This document shows positions 7,830 through 15,096 of a DNA stretch of 36,012 bases, in pieces. The stretch is taken from the NCBI GenBank assembly GCA_964362725.1, contig CAYIFO010000001.1:1-36012 (forward strand). The letters are read 5' to 3'. The translations under genes were made by a program, and so were the position numbers. The stretch is from an uncultured Candidatus Saccharibacteria bacterium. GTDB lineage: Bacteria > Patescibacteriota > Minisyncoccia > Phycocordibacterales > PALSA-1337. The notes below the pieces were generated by a model, which was not told the DNA's origin, made no database searches, and worked only from the letters and a program-made list of their open reading frames with translations. Every line of letters begins with the position of its first letter. Position 1 is the first letter of the stretch.

Positions 7830-8801
7830 GTGACGGTTATCGGGATAATGGGCCAGTGCGGTAAAAGCACGATCATCTCGATGCTCTCTCCGATGCTCGA
7901 GGTGGTTTGCTCCAAGACTGACAATCAGGGTTTTTTTGTTATCGATCCCGAGTCAGATAAAGGAATCATATCCAATTTGCGCAAAGTCAGGAGCGGTGAC
8001 ATCGTCCTCATGCGCCTACTTGGTCAGACGATGAAGGAACTTCATAGTATTCACATTAGTCCCCAGGTGGCAGTTTTCGCTTCGGAGCCGGCCAGAGAGG
8101 CTTACCATGATTCGCCTTTCGAGATTCTCAACTATCAGACATATAATAATTTTATAGTGGCTTCGGATGAGGTGATTGACGCGATTCGAAGTCAAAAGGT
8201 CCAACCCAAGGCCAAGATGCTACGAACAAAAATCTCGATCGTTCCTGAAACCTGGTCATTGATTAAGATTGATGGACATGATCGACAGAATGCAGCCCTA
8301 GCTTTCCAAACTGGTAAACTTTTTCGAGTTGATGATGATCTGGCCCGAGAAGTTCTGGTCAAATGGAAACCACTCAAAGGTCGTTTGGAGATGGTAAAAA
8401 AAGTCAGGGGAGTGGAGTATTACAATGACACGGCCTCAATCTGCCCTCTTTCAACGGAACAAGCTATCCGAATTTCCAGGGACAGGAATGTTATTCTGAT
8501 TTTCGGCGGGACGCGTAGCAGTCATGATTACAAGAATTTGTATTCTTTGTTGCCGGAATATGTGAAAATGGTCATTCTTCTGCCGGGTAGCGGAACGATC
8601 CATGAACGTCAGACTATCACCAAACTCAAAGATCTGAAAAGCATATCGGTTCCCTCGATCGAGGAGGCGGTTCTTCTGGCGGCCGAAAATGCCGGTAAAA
8701 ACGATAGGGTGGTCTTCAGTCCGGGCTTTGGAGCCAATGGTTTGGATAATTCAAGGAAGGAAAGAGGAGATAGGTTTGTAAAGGCCGTGCGGGGTCTTTA
8801 G
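7830..8801 (+). CDS. murD: MurD central and C-terminal domains, in the same frame as 7434..7820
   Basis: Begins VTVIGIMGQCGKST, the Mur ligase P-loop. Later Mur ligase segments follow (GRLE, YYNDTASICP). 7830-7434 is divisible by 3. Confidence 0.8.
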   Translation: MTVIGIMGQCGKSTIISMLSPMLEVVCSKTDNQGFFVIDPESDKGIISNLRKVRSGDIVLMRLLGQTMKELHSIHISPQVAVFASEPAREAYHDSPFEILNYQTYNNFIVASDEVIDAIRSQKVQPKAKMLRTKISIVPETWSLIKIDGHDRQNAALAFQTGKLFRVDDDLAREVLVKWKPLKGRLEMVKKVRGVEYYNDTASICPLSTEQAIRISRDRNVILIFGGTRSSHDYKNLYSLLPEYVKMVILLPGSGTIHERQTITKLKDLKSISVPSIEEAVLLAAENAGKNDRVVFSPGFGANGLDNSRKERGDRFVKAVRGL

Positions 8802-8820
8802 GGATGTGTCACATCCCTAA
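8798..8820. repeat. 23-nt perfect palindrome TTAGGGATGTG-T-CACATCCCTAA
   Basis: It contains the murD stop codon TAG (8799-8801) and, on the other strand, the stop codon of the PLP gene (CTA 8817-8819). The GGGATGTGTCACATCCC core recurs at 19735-19751, and a degenerate copy lies at 28251-28266. Confidence 0.85.
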
Positions 8821-9698
8821 TCTCCGCAGATGAGGCAGACCACATCGCCCTTCATTTCCCAGTTGCGGTATGAGGCTTGAATGGCTCCAGCTACGGAAAG
8901 AGCGCTATTTGTGGAAATTTCTATGGCGGTATGTTTTGCGACCAAATCAAGGGAGTTTTCAATGTCGTCATTGGTGGCGACCCAGGCATAGCCGCCGGTT
9001 TGTTTGATATGTGGGATAAGCGCGGGACGGCGCAAAGCGGTCTGATCGACGATAGCATCGGCCAGAGATTCTTCTTGGGGACCGTCGTAATTTTCGAACT
9101 GATCGGCCAAAGGATGGCAGGCCGAAGTCTGGACTATATGGACCTGAATGGGTGATTTGTTTTTCTCGAAATACTGACAAAGAGCCTGGGCGGTTGTGCC
9201 CGAAGAAGTTCCGATGAAAACGGCGCCAATGCTTTTTGTCCCAGCTAATTCGGCAGCCAAACTCTCGTAGCCGACAAGAGCTATATCATCAGTCGATTGT
9301 CTCAAACTGCGCTTGCCTTCCTGGACAGCTTGGGTCAGGGCCTGAAGGGGACGTTCTTTGGAAAGGATCCGGATGGAATCAGAGCCAACTCGTTTTTCTA
9401 TCTCCCGAAGTTTTGCCAGTTTTTTGGGAGAAACATGTTGACCGACTAGGATGTCGAGATCTATTCCAGCCTGTTTTTTGCTATTCAATTCTTGAACATA
9501 CAAGGCGGCTGCCAAAGCGGCATTGCCGGATGAAGAAATAGCAAAATGACGGTCGCCTTGAGAGTAATAATGGTCGATCATGACGGGAATGGAGCGACCT
9601 TTGTGGGAACCGTAAGGGTGAAGATCCTCGCGTTTGAAATAAAGACCTCCGAGACCCAAAGCCTCGGCCAATTTCGGGTATTTTTCCAAAGGCGTCAT
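8817..9698 (-). CDS. Fold-type II PLP-dependent enzyme (Trp-synthase-beta-like superfamily: threonine synthase/cysteine synthase/deaminase-like)
   Basis: YFKREDLHPYGSHKGRS resembles the PALP lysine motif (K.E..NPTGSFK.R). A later segment, GTSSGTTAQA, resembles the phosphate-binding loop. Substrate unknown. Confidence 0.65.
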   Translation of the reverse strand: MTPLEKYPKLAEALGLGGLYFKREDLHPYGSHKGRSIPVMIDHYYSQGDRHFAISSSGNAALAAALYVQELNSKKQAGIDLDILVGQHVSPKKLAKLREIEKRVGSDSIRILSKERPLQALTQAVQEGKRSLRQSTDDIALVGYESLAAELAGTKSIGAVFIGTSSGTTAQALCQYFEKNKSPIQVHIVQTSACHPLADQFENYDGPQEESLADAIVDQTALRRPALIPHIKQTGGYAWVATNDDIENSLDLVAKHTAIEISTNSALSVAGAIQASYRNWEMKGDVVCLICGD

Positions 9699-9751
9699 GT
9701 TGCTATCCTACCTTTTTTTCGTTACCATTGAAAGATGTTTGTAAAACAATC

Positions 9752-9946
9752 ATGTTGCAACAAAATATAAAATCAGAAAATAGTCTTTGTGTTTGCCCGG
9801 AATGCAAAAATACCGTTGATCTATCGCCCTATCCCAATTTGGCTCCTGGTATGGTCATCGAATGCGATCATTGTGGGATGACGCTTTTGGTGAAAGAGAT
9901 AAGCGACGGTCAAATCAAGACTGAAATAGTCGACGAAGGGAAGTGA
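9752..9946 (+). CDS. Small zinc-ribbon protein, LysW-like (CPEC...CDHC) with an acidic C-terminal tail
   Basis: 64 aa from ATG 9752. CPECKNTVDL....VIECDHCGMTLLV...EIVDEGK parallels the LysW carrier-protein layout, but the EDWGE C-terminus is not conserved. Confidence 0.45.
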   Translation: MLQQNIKSENSLCVCPECKNTVDLSPYPNLAPGMVIECDHCGMTLLVKEISDGQIKTEIVDEGK

Positions 9947-11405
9947 CCGTTTCTTCAATCATTCCTCGGAATCCGTGCGAACCTAAGAAAGCAATGACAT
10001 CGTCCTTTTTTGCATTTGAGACCAAAAAATCAATGAGAGCTTTGTCGTCATCAATATAGTTGACTTGAGGATGAGTTTTGCCGATTACTTTTGCCAATTC
10101 GTCGCCTTCCATGGGTTGCTCGTCCTCTTTTGCGTTTGCTCCAAAAACTGTTTCGGAATCGATCTTCTTTGAGATAACTTTGAGTTTGGTCAAGCGGGGA
10201 ATGATCACGATATCTGAATCAACAAAAGCCTCATCGTATTTGACTACTGATTCTCGGCTCCTGCCACCTATGTTGGGCTCGAAAACCGTTATTATTTTGC
10301 CGGTATAAATGGATCGCAAGGTACCAAGGACAGATGAAGCCTTTTCGGGCGAATGGGCAATGTCGTCAATGATCGTGATATTGCCTTCAAGGCGTTTTTC
10401 CATTCTTCTTTTGAGTCCTTGGAAGAGGGAAATGGCTTGGATTGTTTTATCGGTTGATATGCCCAGACTGCAAGCAAGTGCGAAACAGCCGGTAATATTT
10501 TCGGCTTGATAAAGACCCAGAAGAGGTGAAGTGATTTCGAATTCCTGGCCATCGTGGATTATGGTCAATTTGAGACCATCTTTTGATTGTCTGACGTTTT
10601 TGTAGCCGTAAAAGTTGGGCAAAGTTTCGGCTTTTGGCATTTCGCGACCATAAAAGACTAAACTTTTGCCTTTGAAAGATTGAAGCATTTCTTCAATGTT
10701 CTCGCGGTCCCTACAGGCGACAATCAGTCCGTTATCGGGCATGGATTTGATCAATTGTTCAAAGGCCCGGAGATAATCTTTTTCGGTCGGATAGAGATCG
10801 GCATGATCCCAGGAAACAGCAGTCAAAAGGAGGTGAGTGGCTTTGTAATGGAAGAATTTGGCGCGGGAATCGGTGGGGGAACTTTTGTACTCGTCGCCTT
10901 CGAAGACGCTAATATTAGAGTCTGTCAGTTTGGCTGACGAATCATGGGAAAGAGAAATACCACCAAACATGTAGGCGGGGTCGAGCCCGGCTTGTTCAAG
11001 AATGAATGAAAACAGAGCCGATGAAGAAGTCTTGCCCCAGGTGCCGGCGCAGACTATTGATTTTTCTTTGGCCATGAAGCGGCCGATAATCTCCGGATAC
11101 GAATAGGTGGGAATATTATTTTGCCTGGCGTATTCGGTCTCGGGATTGCGACTGCCGGCGGCCGCCCCGATCATGACTATGCCACCTTCAAAGTCTCCGC
11201 CGAACATTTTTTCGGGATGCCAGCCGGCATAGAAGTCGATATCATGCTTCTCTAATTCAGTTGATACGGGTGGATAGAAACCCTTGTCGCTACCGCTTAC
11301 AATGACCCCCTTTTTCTGGAAAGCAATGGCCAAAGCACTGGTGGCCACTCCGCAAATCCCGATGACATGGAGCCTTTTGGGCAGGGTTGGGGAGGTTGCA
11401 TTCAT
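9915..11405 (-). CDS. Mur ligase family enzyme, Mpl/MurC type
   Basis: N-terminal HVIGICG....SGSDKGFYPPVSTELEK resembles Mpl (GICG, YPP.ST). P-loop GTWGKTS. 496 aa. Confidence 0.8.
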   Translation of the reverse strand: MNATSPTLPKRLHVIGICGVATSALAIAFQKKGVIVSGSDKGFYPPVSTELEKHDIDFYAGWHPEKMFGGDFEGGIVMIGAAAGSRNPETEYARQNNIPTYSYPEIIGRFMAKEKSIVCAGTWGKTSSSALFSFILEQAGLDPAYMFGGISLSHDSSAKLTDSNISVFEGDEYKSSPTDSRAKFFHYKATHLLLTAVSWDHADLYPTEKDYLRAFEQLIKSMPDNGLIVACRDRENIEEMLQSFKGKSLVFYGREMPKAETLPNFYGYKNVRQSKDGLKLTIIHDGQEFEITSPLLGLYQAENITGCFALACSLGISTDKTIQAISLFQGLKRRMEKRLEGNITIIDDIAHSPEKASSVLGTLRSIYTGKIITVFEPNIGGRSRESVVKYDEAFVDSDIVIIPRLTKLKVISKKIDSETVFGANAKEDEQPMEGDELAKVIGKTHPQVNYIDDDKALIDFLVSNAKKDDVIAFLGSHGFRGMIEETVTSLRRLFQS

Positions 11406-11473
11406 GGTTTGTTTAGTATAGCCTAATATCGGAAAGTGTGAAATTATGTTGAAAATTTACGATTGGAGGATAA

Positions 11474-12211
11474 ATGAGACCTACATTGGAAGCGATTGCG
11501 GAAGAGAAGATTCATCCGCCAATTAAAACAGAACAAGAGCTCAACCAGGAAGAAGTGTACAAACATACTACTGGCATATGCTTCGGAGAACAAAACGGGG
11601 TCGAGGATTGCAGAGAAATAGATGCTGTTTTGATATTTGGTACTTCAAAACAAGGTTGTCAAACAGCATGTGGCAGGTATCTCCGTGACCTCATCGAATT
11701 TGGAAATCCAACTGATGTTTATGTGACCGGTGGAAAAATAGACGCATCTGGGTATTCAGAGTCAGACAAGATGCGTGACATAATATTCGCCAACGGATCG
11801 CTAAATTCGTCTGGCATCAATTTTCATTTCGAGAGTTTGTCTAAAAACACCCTCGAAAATGTTAACCAAGCTTTTGCTCAAGGTCTGGCTAGACACGAGA
11901 AAATAGCTTTTATTGGTAAATGGCAACATTGTGGGAGATGCCGACTAACTATCCAGAAAGTTGCACCTCTCATAAGAACAATTTTTCAGCGAGGATACAT
12001 GGTATCTTTTCTGGATGCGCCGGGTGTTCTGGCTCCTGAATTTTGGTTTAACGTGCCTGAATACAAGAGAGTTGTCTTTGAGGAGTTGGCGAAAATCGCT
12101 TGCTACGGAGAGAGAGGCGATATTGCCTACCCCTCTCATATCGCGAGCAAGATTTCGACAATCAAACAACTTTTCTCAAATCTAGGCTGGCTATGGCCAG
12201 TCATTACATAA
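11474..12211 (+). CDS. DUF218 (YdcF/ElyC/SanA-like) domain protein
   Basis: The order of elements fits DUF218: VLIFGTS, VTGGK, YSESDKMRD, SKNTLENV, FIGKWQHCGRC. This is one of the few genes with a GGAGG upstream (11465-11469). Confidence 0.5.
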   Translation: MRPTLEAIAEEKIHPPIKTEQELNQEEVYKHTTGICFGEQNGVEDCREIDAVLIFGTSKQGCQTACGRYLRDLIEFGNPTDVYVTGGKIDASGYSESDKMRDIIFANGSLNSSGINFHFESLSKNTLENVNQAFAQGLARHEKIAFIGKWQHCGRCRLTIQKVAPLIRTIFQRGYMVSFLDAPGVLAPEFWFNVPEYKRVVFEELAKIACYGERGDIAYPSHIASKISTIKQLFSNLGWLWPVIT

Positions 12212-12240
12212 TCTTGGAGATGTCCAACCTCTCCAGCATC

Positions 12241-12275
12241 AAAGCGCCTTCGTGTCGAGTGAGGCGCTTTTTTTA
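12241..12275 (+). terminator. Rho-independent terminator
   Basis: AAAGCGCC(12241-12248)...GGCGCTTT(12263-12270) with a T-run to 12274. Confidence 0.7.
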
Positions 12276-12947
12276 TTACAGACTTTTAAGAATATTTTTC
12301 ACGTCCTCTATATCCTGACTCCACACCTTTCCGTCAAACCATTCAAGACCCTCAAATTGAAGTTTGTAAACATCAGAAGCTCTCTGGAGAGAACCGAGAT
12401 AAAAATACTTCAGTTTTGATTCTTTTGCGTATTGGATAGCTTTGATCATCATACCAAGACCCATATCTTTTAGAGGCACATCCAAGGAATAAAAAGGAAA
12501 ACAATAGTGCAAAATTTCCTTATTTTTATAACAGATTACGTAACCAATATTTGTGCCGTCTTGAGAATAAATTAGAAGAAGATTAAAATTACTTTTTTCA
12601 CCCTCAACAAGCATCATTTTTACTTTTTGAGAACTCATGATGCCTGGTTCGAATTTATTATCGTAAAAATCCTTGGCCATTTTGCCAATTTTCCAATCGT
12701 AGTGCCAATCATAACTCGTATGAGTTAATTCAATTGGAGTCGGACCAATTAAATCAAATGTCTTTTTGAGAATCCGGCGATTCTCGCTGGAGAGACTGAA
12801 TTTGGCGAGATTGATACGGACAGAGCGGGTTTGTTGCATGACGCCACGACCAAGACGGGTGAAAAGATAGCCCTTTTCATACATCTCATGGATATTTTCC
12901 TCGGAAAAATCAGTGACCGTTTTTTGATCCCAAGAGAGATATTTCAT
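12276..12947 (-). CDS. Bpt/ATE-family aminoacyl-tRNA--protein transferase-like protein (ATE_C GNAT fold)
   Basis: RSVRINLAKFSLSSENRRILKK parallels the Bpt segment (P.RI....F..SRSQ.R). The C-terminal YFYLGS......YKLQF parallels YLGY....MNYK..F. The N-terminal Cys cluster is absent. Confidence 0.6.
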   Translation of the reverse strand: MKYLSWDQKTVTDFSEENIHEMYEKGYLFTRLGRGVMQQTRSVRINLAKFSLSSENRRILKKTFDLIGPTPIELTHTSYDWHYDWKIGKMAKDFYDNKFEPGIMSSQKVKMMLVEGEKSNFNLLLIYSQDGTNIGYVICYKNKEILHYCFPFYSLDVPLKDMGLGMMIKAIQYAKESKLKYFYLGSLQRASDVYKLQFEGLEWFDGKVWSQDIEDVKNILKSL

Positions 12948-12948
12948 A

Positions 12949-14085
12949 TCAATGAAGGGCTAGCCAGAAGCCAAAAACGACGAAAATAAAATGAACGACC
13001 CAGAAACGCATGACGGTTTTTTCTTCGCTCCAGCCCGAAAGTTCGAAGTGGTGATGCAGGGGCGCCATAAGAAAAACGCGACGGCCGAAAAGGTATTTGG
13101 AAATAACCTGGATGACCACAGAAAGGGCTTCGATATAAAACATAAAGCCGATGAAAATAAGAGCGCTGGTCTCGCCTATGGCCATGGCATTGACCGCCAA
13201 AAGAGCACCCAAGCCGAGAGAACCGACATCGCCCATCATGAAGCGGGCCGGCTTGATATTGAAATAGGTGTAAGCAACTAGGGCCCCGACAACGGTGGCA
13301 TTCAAGATGGCCATTTCGCCAAAACCGTTGATCCAGGAAAGGAAAGTCAAAGCGCTAAAGGTGGTCATAAGCATACCACCGGCCAAGCCGTCGAGGCCGT
13401 CGGCGATATTGACGGCATTGGCGGTGAACATGACAATGAAAATAATGACCGGAACGATGAATATTCCGGCGTTGACACTCAAATCAAAAGGTAGATAAAT
13501 GTAATGCCAAGCTGGACCAAGTTTGGTGTATATCCACCAAGCGGTCAAGGCGCCAGCTACGAATTGTAAAGCCAGTTTCTCGTGGACGAATATACCTCGG
13601 GAAGTTTTGGAGCCGAACCAGACGGAAATTCTTTTAAAAGCTGTCCAGGGTAGGGTTATAACAAACCAAATTCGGGCCAGCCAACTTTTATGAACACGAA
13701 TTAAAGTGAGAATATGGCTGAGTTTTCTGGAATGACGTTCGACCCCGAAAATATTCATCAGGTCGTCGATGGCACCCAAGGCTCCGGCAAAAAGCAAGAC
13801 TCCGATTGGTACCCAAGTGAAACTTCGCGACCAATTGAAGACATAAGTCAAAACAGCAACTGTGATGATGACCAAGAGACCGCCCATGACCGGAGTGTTT
13901 GATTTGCTGACATGGTCACCGAGGGAATTGAGCTCGATCTTGGGACTTTTGAAAACATGGAAATGATAAAGAATCTTGGAAAGCAAAGGGGCCCAAAAAA
14001 AGGCGACTATGGCGCCAAAAAGGACGAAACTAAGGATATAGGAAAGATCGGCGGTGCCCTCCAGGATGGTGATCATTGGTATCAC
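12949..14085 (-). CDS. mraY: Phospho-N-acetylmuramoyl-pentapeptide transferase
   Basis: 378-aa polytopic protein with MraY motifs: NAVNIADGLDGLA, MGDVGSLGLGA, PLHHHFE. It ends at TGA 12949-12951. Confidence 0.93.
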   Translation of the reverse strand: MIPMITILEGTADLSYILSFVLFGAIVAFFWAPLLSKILYHFHVFKSPKIELNSLGDHVSKSNTPVMGGLLVIITVAVLTYVFNWSRSFTWVPIGVLLFAGALGAIDDLMNIFGVERHSRKLSHILTLIRVHKSWLARIWFVITLPWTAFKRISVWFGSKTSRGIFVHEKLALQFVAGALTAWWIYTKLGPAWHYIYLPFDLSVNAGIFIVPVIIFIVMFTANAVNIADGLDGLAGGMLMTTFSALTFLSWINGFGEMAILNATVVGALVAYTYFNIKPARFMMGDVGSLGLGALLAVNAMAIGETSALIFIGFMFYIEALSVVIQVISKYLFGRRVFLMAPLHHHFELSGWSEEKTVMRFWVVHFIFVVFGFWLALH

Positions 14086-14121
14086 ATTAACATGGAAAGA
14101 GGCGGTTATTCAATGTAGCTA

Positions 14122-14316
14122 AGAACTTGGTGAGTAATGTCTGTTTTGAGGCACGGAAAATTTTCTGCAGAAAATTTTCCTAATCCTCGGCGATTTTTGT
14201 GCCCTTCTTCGCCAAGGCTACGAAGGACACCTACTAGTTGGCCCTCCGTAGCTTTAGCGTAGGAGGCTCAAAAATCGCCTGCGGAGCCTCTCAACAGACA
14301 TTACTCACCAAGTTCT
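14122..14316. repeat. Composite palindromic element A: 24-bp closing stem, internal hairpins, and a nested roughly 65-nt insert
   Basis: Arms 14122-14145 and 14293-14316 are perfectly complementary. Inside is the 26-nt perfect palindrome GGAAAATTTTCTGCAGAAAATTTTCC (14155-14180). A 55-nt block and a 25-nt block are nearly identical to element C at 34784-34915. Confidence 0.85.
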
Positions 14317-15085
14317 AAAACCTTAGTCTTCTGATTTCCGTTTTACTTTTTTGAGCTCTTTGGACGAGTAAATCAACAGATTGATCATTACCTTCAGTCC
14401 AGCGTTGGGCGGTAATCGGTTGATTGATATCAGTGATTTCTATAGCACCTTGTCGGACTCCGGTGTTATAAAGACCGTCAGCGGGATAGGCGATGGAATG
14501 AGAGTAATGGATTTTGGCCGGAATCCCATTCAAGTAATCGACTTGATGAATAATCAAGATATGATCGCGGATCTTTTCCAAGCCACCATTGGTCATAGTT
14601 ATGATATCTCCAGGTCGAACCTGGGCAGAAGAGATTGTCTGGCTGTTTGAGTCATGAGCGAAGGTGGCAACATTGCAGTTTTCGGCCGGACGGAAAGAAC
14701 AGCGAATTTTACCAAGTAAGCCCGTACACTCGGGGAAGTTAAGATGTTTTTTTATAGAGTCATTGTTTGTGCTGTAACAGTGAGCGTTCAAGATATGATA
14801 AACAAAACCAGAACATTCAATGCCGAGATTGTTGTCAGTCATTATCTTTTTGAGATCATGATCGGTTAAGAGTTCCCTATTGATACGATTTTTGAGCAAA
14901 ATAGTTTCGACTTCGATCGCAATCTCTTCCGGGCTACCTTTGCCAATAAAAGCTCGTAGGGCCGCTCTGGATCCAGTTTTTTTGTTATTGAAATAGGGAA
15001 CAGAGCAAACGGCTTTGCCGATCTTGAAATTAAGATATTGGTTTATGACAGCCAAAGCTTGGTTAGAAAGATGTTTTTGTTCCAT
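14315..15085 (-). CDS. NlpC/P60-superfamily (papain-like Cys peptidase/amidase)-like protein
   Basis: A candidate catalytic Cys lies in GIECSGFVYHIL and a candidate His in PGDIITM....DHILIIHQV. The assignment rests on motifs only. Confidence 0.45.
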   Translation of the reverse strand: MEQKHLSNQALAVINQYLNFKIGKAVCSVPYFNNKKTGSRAALRAFIGKGSPEEIAIEVETILLKNRINRELLTDHDLKKIMTDNNLGIECSGFVYHILNAHCYSTNNDSIKKHLNFPECTGLLGKIRCSFRPAENCNVATFAHDSNSQTISSAQVRPGDIITMTNGGLEKIRDHILIIHQVDYLNGIPAKIHYSHSIAYPADGLYNTGVRQGAIEITDINQPITAQRWTEGNDQSVDLLVQRAQKSKTEIRRLRF

Positions 15086-15096
15086 TGTGATAATCT

